Notes: a model not told the origin generated them from the letters alone. 24,000 bases of DNA from Acaryochloris marina S15 (GCF_018336915.1 NZ_CP064923.1:2529812-2553811), one strand, 5' to 3'. Counted from the stretch's first letter, positions 16,339 to 23,875 are shown. Numbers and translations: made by a program.

Positions 16339-16875
16339 ATGGCACCCAAATTTGACTATATGAATGACAGTGGAGCCGCTGACGTTGGGCAAAGTATCTT
16401 CGAGGAAATATCGGAATCCAGAGAGGAGCCTATTGCCGCATCACCCCGGATTGAAATCAAAAAAGTGGAAGTAGAATCCACAACTAAAAGGAACGGTCAA
16501 TTGTTTGGAGTAAAGGAGAACGTTCGCTTTGCCGTACCTAATTGCAACCTATCGGTCTTAACTGAAATCGATTGGGACGAACTATCAGTTTGGGCAGACG
16601 AGACTATCAAGCAGTACTTAAAGCTAATGAACCCAGAGCTGATGCCTCTATTCCAACGAGACAATAAGAAGAAGAAGTTCAAGCCAGCGAGTACTCAAAG
16701 TCCTTGCAGCTTGGCTGAGAGATACCCTTGTTATGTAGAGCTAAAGCAGGCGAGGGGCAATATGCTGTATGTTCATTCTAAATTGCCTAACTCAGATCGA
16801 CTGTGGAAAAATACTTTTTGGTACTGCTGGGCTGAGGATGTGAATCGGGTCGAAGCTGGTCTGAAGAAGAAATAA
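16339..16875 (+). CDS. Hypothetical protein (178 aa)
   Basis: A long ORF with an acidic N-terminus, a KKKKFK patch and a Trp/Cys-rich C-terminus. I recognise no domain. Confidence 0.45.
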   Translation: MAPKFDYMNDSGAADVGQSIFEEISESREEPIAASPRIEIKKVEVESTTKRNGQLFGVKENVRFAVPNCNLSVLTEIDWDELSVWADETIKQYLKLMNPELMPLFQRDNKKKKFKPASTQSPCSLAERYPCYVELKQARGNMLYVHSKLPNSDRLWKNTFWYCWAEDVNRVEAGLKKK

Positions 16876-17088
16876 ATCCGACCAATGGGGCTGGGTGATG
16901 TAGAAATACCAGTTGGCCGAAGTTAGATGAGTTGTCTAAAGTCCTCCTAATGCCTGTTCTCTGGTGTTTCTGGGCTACAGGGAATATGCAGATTTCAGTC
17001 TTATGTGTGCTCTCCAAAATTTCTCGAAAGCATTGTTATCATGCATGGGATAAGAGTATTAACTTCAGAACATTCTTGAGGACTAACG

Positions 17089-17790
17089 ATGGCTAATCAA
17101 GAACAGATAGCCTTGCTCAGTCAGGGTGTTGAAGTTTGGAATGAGTGGAGAACGGATAATCTCAAGGTACCGATCAACCTGAGTGGAGCTAACCTTGCTG
17201 GTCTTGATCTATGTACGATTAACCTTCATAAAGCGATCCTGAACGGTATCAATCTTTCGAGCGCCAATCTCAGTCAGGCTAACCTTTGTGAAGTCAGTCT
17301 CTGGAAAGCTAATCTCCGTGGTGCCATTTTGGATAAAGCTAACCTTAAAGACGCCAACCTTATAGAAGCTGACTTATGTACGGCCAGTTTCCGTAAAGCC
17401 AATCTCTATAACGTCAACCTTTATAAAGCCGATCTCAGTCAGGCTAATCTTTGTAGAGCCTATCTATACAGAGCCGATCTCAGTGAGGCATCTCTCAGTC
17501 AGGTCAACCTGAGTGAAGCTTATCTGTGTGAAGCCAACCTCAATAAAGCGGACCTCTCTGGTGCGGATCTTGAAGGAGCTAATTTTGAGGGAGCCGACCT
17601 TCTCAACATCCGTTTTGATTCTGATACCAAGTGGTCATCAATAGGTAGTTGGAATAATGCTAGAGGTATACCGCAGGAATGGATGGATGGGAGCAGTCAA
17701 GAAGATGAAGTTCCGCAAAGGGTTGATGGAGCAATTGTTCCTGATGTCAGTTCCGATGTTGCTTCAAATTCAGTGCTATTGGCTGATTAG
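17089..17790 (+). CDS. Pentapeptide-repeat protein (233 aa)
   Basis: About 30 consecutive A(D/N)LxX pentapeptides (ANLAGLDLCTINLHKAILNGINLSSANLSQANL...), followed by a non-repeat acidic tail. Confidence 0.9.
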   Translation: MANQEQIALLSQGVEVWNEWRTDNLKVPINLSGANLAGLDLCTINLHKAILNGINLSSANLSQANLCEVSLWKANLRGAILDKANLKDANLIEADLCTASFRKANLYNVNLYKADLSQANLCRAYLYRADLSEASLSQVNLSEAYLCEANLNKADLSGADLEGANFEGADLLNIRFDSDTKWSSIGSWNNARGIPQEWMDGSSQEDEVPQRVDGAIVPDVSSDVASNSVLLAD

Positions 17791-17823
17791 CTGTGCTTGT
17801 GGGTCTATGGTGAGAGTTCCCCT

Positions 17824-17874
17824 TTGACATCCTCTACCTCTGTACCTTTCAGGTACAGAGGTAGAGGATGTCAA
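17824..17874. terminator. Perfect 23-bp-stem hairpin between convergent genes, candidate bidirectional terminator
   Basis: TTGACATCCTCTACCTCTGTACC (17824-17846), loop TTTCA, then GGTACAGAGGTAGAGGATGTCAA (17852-17874). It lies 34 nt after the pentapeptide gene stop and about 200 nt after the stop of the convergent 164-aa gene. There is no U-tract. Confidence 0.5.
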
Positions 17875-18072
17875 CAAGGGTTCAAGTCGACTGGATATGC
17901 TTAATAATTCTGGGTTTCTTTAAGGATTGTAATTGAACTAGAAAAGCACAAAGGGCATGGGTAGGCTAACAGCAACAGCGAGATTCTCTGGAACAGTATT
18001 TGAGAACCTCTTCACTTGTACAGCTCTTCAATTTATCAAGATTGAGGAGCTTCTATCTTTATTAAACAGACA

Positions 18073-18567
18073 TCACCATAAAACTGAATATCCAGGATGG
18101 CCTTGGAGATTATTGTTCTTCGGGGCAGGTGCATCCCAGATCAACTTAAATCGCTCCAATCCTTTTGGGCTGATATCGATCTCGCCATCTGTCAATATCA
18201 GTTCACCATTGGCGAAGGTTGAACCCGCCGCATTAAGGATACCAATAAACTCATCGTGCTCTGTAATAACAGAAACATATCGCTTCAAGCCACTGTAAGA
18301 ATATATCTGCGAAATTTGCCCCATAGTGCCAGGATAATGTTCGAATAACACTCGAATGTAGAGAGAGAGGAGGGGCATTGGATCGTCGATGCCAAACACG
18401 GCATTGCAGATGCAGGTCGATGTTGTCAGCATCCAAGTGGCAATCTTTTTGGGATCGGTAGAGCGGTCTCGTGCCATCTCCAAAAGGAGATCCATCATAT
18501 TATTCCTGAAGGGAACATCCAAACGAGTTTCTAAGTTTTTCCAGACGGCTAAAGTATTAGGATCCAT
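18073..18567 (-). CDS. Hypothetical protein (164 aa)
   Basis: This is the longest ORF in the interval, and its composition is more protein-like than that of the overlapping + strand ORF 17957..18298. No recognised motif. Confidence 0.45.
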   Translation of the reverse strand: MDPNTLAVWKNLETRLDVPFRNNMMDLLLEMARDRSTDPKKIATWMLTTSTCICNAVFGIDDPMPLLSLYIRVLFEHYPGTMGQISQIYSYSGLKRYVSVITEHDEFIGILNAAGSTFANGELILTDGEIDISPKGLERFKLIWDAPAPKNNNLQGHPGYSVLW

Positions 18568-18787
18568 TTGAAGTTGAGGTATTCACTTGCTATACCTTTG
18601 GATACCCAAATTAGTCCAAAAACCGTCAAGAATTTACTCAATAATGGCAACCTAGACAACAGTTCCTGCTTGGCCTCCTGTCATTGAATAATCAACGGTT
18701 GAACTGCGGGCTTGGTGAAGGTGATCATGGTGAGTGGGGTTGAGTTGCTTGCTGAGGGTTTGAAGCTTGATTTGAAGTGCAGTAATA

Positions 18788-18845
18788 GGGGTATGGTTTG
18801 CCTAAGCCTGGGGGGTGACTCCCAGGCTTAGGCAAACCATACCCC
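18788..18845. terminator. Perfect 25-bp-stem hairpin downstream of the DUF4157 operon, candidate terminator
   Basis: GGGGTATGGTTTGCCTAAGCCTGGG (18788-18812), loop GGGTGACT, then CCCAGGCTTAGGCAAACCATACCCC (18821-18845). It lies 37 nt downstream of the 63-aa ORF stop on the minus strand. Confidence 0.5.
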
Positions 18846-18881
18846 CGATAGTGATTCAATTCAAGCTGCTATGACTTCTAG

Positions 18882-19073
18882 CTATTGCATCACCCCCAAA
18901 CCCTCGTCCAGCCACATCCCGATCATCTCCTCAATCCGCTTAATCGTCTCTCCTGGACGCAGACTCAACACTTGCAACACATCAAACGTGTCTTCTAATT
19001 CCAAGGCGCACTCGAAACAAAACTCAGGACTTCCAAACGAAATTCTGATGAATGGCTTACCGCTGCCACCCAC
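18882..19073 (-). CDS. Small hypothetical protein (63 aa, GTG start), weakly HicB/UPF0150-like
   Basis: The only available start is a GTG two codons after an in-frame stop. The C-terminal half, LRPGETIKRIEEMIGMWLDEG, resembles the ..GeTleEAlenakEAielwLE.. helix of short HicB-type proteins. It is the third gene of the co-directional block. Confidence 0.35.
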   Translation of the reverse strand: MGGSGKPFIRISFGSPEFCFECALELEDTFDVLQVLSLRPGETIKRIEEMIGMWLDEGLGVMQ

Positions 19074-19170
19074 GGTGATCTAATACAGATACAACATCAG
19101 ATCTCGAAATCTCAATGTGAGAGGTTTTTGAGTTGTTACTCAAATAAAACAACACAACAAGTCCCAAAAA

Positions 19171-20115
19171 TTATTTTGATGCACTCGGTAAATGTAGCAA
19201 GCGCTCACCATCACGAAAGAGCCAATCAAACCACAATTTGAGTAACTGGTGACCCTCTAGTTTAAGTGGTACTTCAAGGGCTTCCAGAGCCTTATCACGA
19301 TGATCTAATGCTCGCATCATCAATCGACCACGAACATCGTGACTGTCCAGTAGTTGGCGAATAGCCATGTCGTCACGGTATTTCTGGGCACACAGTTTTG
19401 ATAGTGTTTCACTCGTTTTACATCCATGCTCCATGCCTAAAAGCACCGGGTATGTATATTGTTCGTGCCCAGGATCTTCAGCATTGTCCGGGAACCAGAA
19501 CGCCTCAATATCATCAAGAATTTGCTGAGCCCAGCCGATATGCCGACCACAGACTCGACATCTCTCAATTGCTTTGGCATCAGCAGTGACAGCATTTGCA
19601 CCCGTAACTGCTGCAAGCTCATAAGCAGCAACAGTTTTTAACTCAACAACTTCCTCATATGCTGCCAAAGACCGAACCTCTCGCCGAATGTCTCTATCCT
19701 GTCCCTTACACACCCGAAGCAGAGCGTCAAAGTAGTCTCTTGTCATGAGGTCGCTATCTGGTGATGCTTTGGAGAGCAGTCCAATCTCTCGTGAAGCTAA
19801 TGTAATTAGCGCAGCAGAGAAATTTGCTGCACGTCCAATACCTATTTGTTGATATAAAGCACTAGGGTTATCCTGGTCAGCTATATCATCGAGAGTACGA
19901 AGTGCAAAGGCGACTGCAACGATAGCTGATGTGATAGGAATTAGATGTTCCGTAGAGCCACCACATGCATAGCCAGTGGCTACAGGTAAGGTCGCTACAG
20001 GTGGAAGCGGGTCTGGAAGAGTGGTAGACATTAATTCTCCCAAAGCAATATCAACATCACTAGCGAGAGTAATAACTCTGAGACGAATTGCATGGAGGAT
20101 GTCTTGTGGGGTCAT
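19171..20115 (-). CDS. Divergent polyprenyl (trans-isoprenyl) diphosphate synthase-fold protein (314 aa)
   Basis: The first Asp-rich motif is LDDIAD (DDIAD codons 19876-19890). A KGQDRDI motif corresponds to GQxxDL, and KTVAAYELAAVTGA corresponds to the KT motif. GWAQQILDDIEAF corresponds to GxAFQxxDDxxD, but its last Asp is Ala (DDIEA codons 19501-19515). The gene starts 9 nt after the upstream stop. Confidence 0.65.
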   Translation of the reverse strand: MTPQDILHAIRLRVITLASDVDIALGELMSTTLPDPLPPVATLPVATGYACGGSTEHLIPITSAIVAVAFALRTLDDIADQDNPSALYQQIGIGRAANFSAALITLASREIGLLSKASPDSDLMTRDYFDALLRVCKGQDRDIRREVRSLAAYEEVVELKTVAAYELAAVTGANAVTADAKAIERCRVCGRHIGWAQQILDDIEAFWFPDNAEDPGHEQYTYPVLLGMEHGCKTSETLSKLCAQKYRDDMAIRQLLDSHDVRGRLMMRALDHRDKALEALEVPLKLEGHQLLKLWFDWLFRDGERLLHLPSASK

Positions 20116-20124
20116 AAAGTCTAA

Positions 20125-21606
20125 TTAGAAATTTAATTCAATGCGTTTTGTGTCTTTTGCTGCATTAAGACGAGTGACCTGATCGCGATAGTGGTTCGTT
20201 TTAGCTACTCCGATATAGTCTGAAAAATTCTCACATGGGAAAAACTTTCCGAATGCGTCAAATTCATCGCTCTTGCCTGCTTCTTTGAAAAACGGCTCTA
20301 CTTCTGCGAAAGTATTTCTGGCGAGCTGAAAGCTATCCCATTCGTAGTATTCTTGGATAGCTGCACGCCACTCTTCAGGTGTAGTGGGATTCAATGGATT
20401 TAGAGAGTCCACTTCCCAATCAGATAATTTCACTCCACTTTCAAAATCACCTTTTTCATAAGCATTTTTAACTTTCGCAAACCGAGTATGCTGAATAGCA
20501 TTTGCAGTTTCGAAAATTGCGTTCAAAGCAGTAGTAGTGTTATGTCCTTTCGCAAGTCGGACCTCATGGCTTTCGGGATCATATGAACCCGATGTTCCCT
20601 TCTGAGCTGTCTTGTAGGTAACCCCTGCTTTCGCTTTGAGTTTTGCAAACTCCTCGGATTTATCGAGGATTGCTTTGACGATGACTCCTGGTTTACTACC
20701 TGCTCCTACTAACTCATCTTTAAGCTCGGTCGGGCTACTTGTACCGCAACAGCGATGCACCCGACCTACAGGGGATTCGTTGATTATCTCAGTGGGCTGA
20801 CCAAAAGCAATTGCACTCCTCTTAGCCTGATCCTTGGATGGTAGCCGACTCATGGATACTTTACTTCTGTTGGCTTGAATCGCGCCATTCTGCTGTACTA
20901 CATGGGTCAACTCATGAGCAATCAGCTCTTGTCCAACACGGTTCCCAGGCTGATATGCTCCCTCTCGGAAAAACATATCCTGACCCGTCGTAAATGCCCT
21001 CGCCTGAATCGATTGATTTAACTGGTCTGACTGGGTATCTGTATGCACCCGTACTCCACTAAAATCAGCACCCATTGCCTGACCCATTGACTGCTGCAAT
21101 TCTGAATTCAATGGCTGTCCACTACCCCTGGCTCTATTGATAGTAGACTCTAAATCTGGCGATGCTTCTTCACCTGCTATTGCTTGCCGCCGCTGGATGG
21201 CAGCACGAAGACTTTTCGCTTGTATTTCATCTTCTGGTCTTTTCTCCCGTTGAATTGACTGATCTTGATTTAATTGAGAAGAATTAGGAGCATTGATTTG
21301 ATAAACCACTTGAGAAGCAACTCTATCCGCTTCTTGTTCATATTTATCTCCTGGCTGCCCAAGCGTTAGCTTCCGCTGAATCCAAGGTTGTGCTAAGTCT
21401 CCGGATGGGTTAGGAACTTTATCCATCCAGGGCGTTCCAAACCGTGCCCATTTCTCCTGCTGAGCTTTCCATTCTGCTAAACCCTCTTCATTTGTCTTTG
21501 CTTGAATAGCAGGTACTACTGGAGCTGTTGATTGAATTTGGTCTAGTGATTTTGCCTGTGGTATCGGTTGAGATTTCTCTGGCTGAGAAGAATGTGTACG
21601 CTTCAT
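20125..21606 (-). CDS. DUF4157 (zincin-like HExxH) domain protein with an unassigned C-terminal domain of about 210 aa; polymorphic-toxin/effector-type architecture
   Basis: The leader is IQRKLTLGQPGDKYEQEADRVASQV. It is followed by GQPLNSELQQSMGQAMGADFSGVRVHTD...ARAFTTGQDMFF...ELIAHELTHVVQQ (HELTH codons 20902-20916), which is the DUF4157 signature as I know it. I cannot assign residues ~285-493. Confidence 0.7.
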   Translation of the reverse strand: MKRTHSSQPEKSQPIPQAKSLDQIQSTAPVVPAIQAKTNEEGLAEWKAQQEKWARFGTPWMDKVPNPSGDLAQPWIQRKLTLGQPGDKYEQEADRVASQVVYQINAPNSSQLNQDQSIQREKRPEDEIQAKSLRAAIQRRQAIAGEEASPDLESTINRARGSGQPLNSELQQSMGQAMGADFSGVRVHTDTQSDQLNQSIQARAFTTGQDMFFREGAYQPGNRVGQELIAHELTHVVQQNGAIQANRSKVSMSRLPSKDQAKRSAIAFGQPTEIINESPVGRVHRCCGTSSPTELKDELVGAGSKPGVIVKAILDKSEEFAKLKAKAGVTYKTAQKGTSGSYDPESHEVRLAKGHNTTTALNAIFETANAIQHTRFAKVKNAYEKGDFESGVKLSDWEVDSLNPLNPTTPEEWRAAIQEYYEWDSFQLARNTFAEVEPFFKEAGKSDEFDAFGKFFPCENFSDYIGVAKTNHYRDQVTRLNAAKDTKRIELNF

Positions 21607-21770
21607 CTACTGTCCCCTATCCGAAATCGAATCACCTTCCTTCAATCCTAAACCCAAGGAAATAATTACTACGATAGGAAATGTGCTAACTCAAATAGTA
21701 GTTGATTCACTCCCAGATCCGGGCCAACCACTCCCGACCCAGATACGCCACGACCATCTACTCGATCTGC

Positions 21771-22535
21771 CTAGCTCGCCTCGTGATCTATCAAGTCATC
21801 AGATTGATCGTTTTGCAATGCATAACCTACCCCACGAAACGTATGGATAAACTCGCATTCCTCTGAACTAGCCTTGAGCTTATTCCGTAAGCGAGACATA
21901 TGGACATCAACTGTCCGAGTATCAACGATGGATTCTTGGCTATAACCCCATACTTTCTGTAGCAGCTCTTGACGAGAAACTACTACTCCAGGGTGACTTG
22001 CCAACAGCTCTAACAAACAAAACTCCATATGGGTGAGGTAGATGCGTTCTTGCCCCAGGATTACCTGCCGTTTGTTGGTGTCAATATGGAGTAAACCAAT
22101 CTCAATTACACCATTAATTTGATACTTTGACGGGTTTAGAGCATCCAGTCTACGGAGAATACAACGAACACGTGATTCTAATTCTTTGGGTGAAAAGGGC
22201 TTGATCATGTAATCATCAGCTCCCATTTCCAGACCAGTAATGCGGTCTCTTACATCCGATAGAGCCGTCAGCATAATAATCGGCACTCTCGATATTTGAC
22301 GGACTGCTTGACAGACTCCATAGCCATCCAGATTGGGCATCATCACATCTAGCACAATTAAATCAGGATGTTGACGCTCAAAAATTTCTAACGCTTCGAC
22401 GCCATCAGCAGCGGTGAAAACCTGATAGCCCATCATAGATAGTCGAGTACTTAAAATTCGTCGAATCGGTACTTCATCATCAACTACCAAAATTGAATGC
22501 TGCTCAATGCTCAGATGATTCATGAGGTCAGACAC
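21771..22535 (-). CDS. OmpR-family response regulator, RpaB/Ycf27-like (254 aa)
   Basis: The REC domain reads ILVVDDEVPIRRILSTRLSMMGYQVFTAADGVEALEIF..PDLIVLDVMMPNLDGYGVC...IIMLTAL...GADDYMIKPFSPKELE. The winged-helix output reads LTHMEFCLLELL...VDVHMSRLRNKL...TFRGVGYAL. Confidence 0.88.
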   Translation of the reverse strand: MSDLMNHLSIEQHSILVVDDEVPIRRILSTRLSMMGYQVFTAADGVEALEIFERQHPDLIVLDVMMPNLDGYGVCQAVRQISRVPIIMLTALSDVRDRITGLEMGADDYMIKPFSPKELESRVRCILRRLDALNPSKYQINGVIEIGLLHIDTNKRQVILGQERIYLTHMEFCLLELLASHPGVVVSRQELLQKVWGYSQESIVDTRTVDVHMSRLRNKLKASSEECEFIHTFRGVGYALQNDQSDDLIDHEAS

Positions 22536-22578
22536 CCTGGGCTACGCTTAATTTTAAGGTAGCATTTATACCTAAGCA

Positions 22579-22606
22579 ATAATACTTAAAACGCTTGGTT
22601 AGACAA
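22579..22606 (-). promoter_or_regulatory. Sigma70-type promoter candidate for the response regulator gene
   Basis: On the minus strand the sequence reads TTGTCT (22606-22601), 16 nt spacer, TATTAT (22584-22579). The -10 element lies about 44 nt upstream of the ATG at 22535. This is a sequence match only. Confidence 0.25.
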
Positions 22607-22714
22607 GATTCTTATAATTAGTCATTTTTCAAAGAACCTGCCAAGATCACCACTTTCAACTCACCCCCAAACCCTCTCTGCCCGACTCAGCCAATTAGGC
22701 CTAATAGCTGTATC

Positions 22715-23558
22715 GGTAGTGTCGCAAAAATAGAGTGTTGACCGATAGACAGTGGTAAATTGAGAGGCTCTGTTCCTTTTCTCTCCCATCAATGAAAACT
22801 ACTGATCTGTTCAAATGGCGTCATTACCAATCTGAGATCATCCTGCTCAATGTTCGTTGGTATTGCCGTTATCCCCTCAGCTATAGAAATTTAGAAGAGA
22901 TGATGATAGAGAGGGGCTTAGAGGTGGATCACAGCACCATCAATCGGTGGGTTCTCAAATATTCTCCTGAGCTAGACAAGCGCTGTCGTCGGCATCTCAA
23001 GCCTACCAATGATTCTTGGAGAGTTGATGAAACTTACATCAAAATCCGTAAAAAGTGGCGATACCTATATCGAGCCGTAGACTCTGATGGCTACACCCTC
23101 GACTTTTTACTCACAGCAAAGCGGGATGCTAAGGCTGCGAAGCGCTTTCTGACTAAAGCACTGAATGCCGTTCATACCCATGAACCTCGGGTGATCAATG
23201 TGGACAAGAATCCAGCATATCCTCCTGCTGTTGAGCAGTTACAGGAAGAGGAACGTATCCCTGAAGGAGTAAAAGTACGGCAGGTAAAATACCTCAATAA
23301 TATAGTGGAGCAAGATCATCGTGGCATTAAAAGTCTCGTGAACCCTGGTATGGGATTTGGATCGTTTAACTCGGCTAGACGAACCTTAAAAGGGTATGAA
23401 GCGATGAACATGATCCGTAAAGGTCAGATCAAAAATGTGGGCAAAGATGATGTGGTAGGACAGATCTCTTTTATCAATCAAATCTTCGGATTAGCTGCAT
23501 AGTCTCGGATAGAAATCTGAGGAGTTTTGTAACTGGAAGCATTTTTTGCGACACAACC
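22715..23558 (+). mobile_element. IS6-family insertion sequence, copy 3 (844 bp)
   Basis: It has the same termini as copy 1 (GGTAGTGTCGCAAAAA from 22715, ...GCGACACAACC ending 23558) and encodes an identical transposase. The flanking 8-mers GCTGTATC and GGAACTAA differ. Confidence 0.9.
22792..23502 (+). CDS. IS6-family DDE transposase (236 aa)
   Basis: The protein is identical to the copy at 2788..3498. Confidence 0.9.
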   Translation: MKTTDLFKWRHYQSEIILLNVRWYCRYPLSYRNLEEMMIERGLEVDHSTINRWVLKYSPELDKRCRRHLKPTNDSWRVDETYIKIRKKWRYLYRAVDSDGYTLDFLLTAKRDAKAAKRFLTKALNAVHTHEPRVINVDKNPAYPPAVEQLQEEERIPEGVKVRQVKYLNNIVEQDHRGIKSLVNPGMGFGSFNSARRTLKGYEAMNMIRKGQIKNVGKDDVVGQISFINQIFGLAA

Positions 23559-23875
23559 GGAACTAACACCAAATCGCATCTGGTCAATATAGCTTTAGTG
23601 ACTTCTGAAAGTGAGCCTGGCCCATCAACTACAACAACGTCATAGTCATCTGAAAAGGCAGGTAAACTTTCAAATAACTGTTCAGGATCTATAAGTACTT
23701 TATAATCGAGTCCAAGTTCGTTAAGCCATGCGGAACTACTCTGCTGACCATCTGCATCAACAAGCATTACTGAAAGACCTTTTTGAGCAAGCCAAAATGC
23801 TGCATGAGCAGCACTTGTAGATTTTCCAGATCCACCTTTTTGATTAGCAAAAGCAATGATTTTGGGAGTTTGCAT
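23559..23875 (-). pseudogene. parA: ParA/Soj-type partition ATPase, 3'-truncated by IS6 copy 3
   Basis: The ATG at 23875 opens MQTPKIIAFANQKGGSGKSTSAAH (deviant Walker A KGGxGKST) ...MLVDADGQ...VVVDGPG...CDLVLVP. The frame then crosses into the IS at 23558, so the ORF-track tail VSQKMLPVTKLLRFLSETMQLIRRFD is IS-encoded. The upstream 33 codons of the track ORF are probably not coding. Confidence 0.8.

Noticed and set aside
15181-16340. Search for the missing 3' half of parA or the 5' part of the kinase next to the other IS6 ends
   Set aside because: I translated the flanks of copy 1 (left), copy 2 (both sides) and copy 3 (left) in the relevant frames. None continues a ParA (..PS..D..A.....) or CBS/kinase sequence. 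The partners must lie outside the window.
17957-18298. 113-aa + strand ORF
   Set aside because: It overlaps the longer 164-aa minus-strand ORF antisense and has a low-complexity, atypical composition. It was probably opened by the complementary coding frame.
18871-19083. 70-aa + strand ORF antisense to the 63-aa ORF
   Set aside because: It is Ser/Pro/Asn-rich and not protein-like. The minus-strand frame is co-directional with the operon and looks more like a folded protein. Both remain low confidence.
18568-19170. A HicA toxin partner for the weakly HicB-like 63-aa ORF
   Set aside because: Neither strand of the flanking spacers has an ORF longer than about 33 codons, and none has a HicA-like sequence. 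The TA-pair interpretation is therefore not supported.
14506-19641. Other small track ORFs (14506..14760, 16497..16682, 16787..17017, 18251..18436, 18389..18571, 19398..19589, 19437..19631, 19459..19641)
   Set aside because: Each is nested in, or antisense to, a longer ORF with better support. None has a motif.
18882-22535. An extracellular contractile injection system (eCIS) locus associated with the DUF4157 protein
   Set aside because: No sheath, tube, baseplate, spike or AAA+ ATPase genes are present in the window. Only the effector-type gene is seen, so no eCIS is claimed.
16089-22714. Absence of HIP1 (GCGATCGC) from block B as evidence of foreign origin
   Set aside because: All five HIP1 sites (4993, 9096, 9267, 9627, 14373) lie in block A. 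At that density only about 3 would be expected in the 6.6-kb block B. Zero is therefore weak evidence that I cannot test statistically here beyond this rough estimate.
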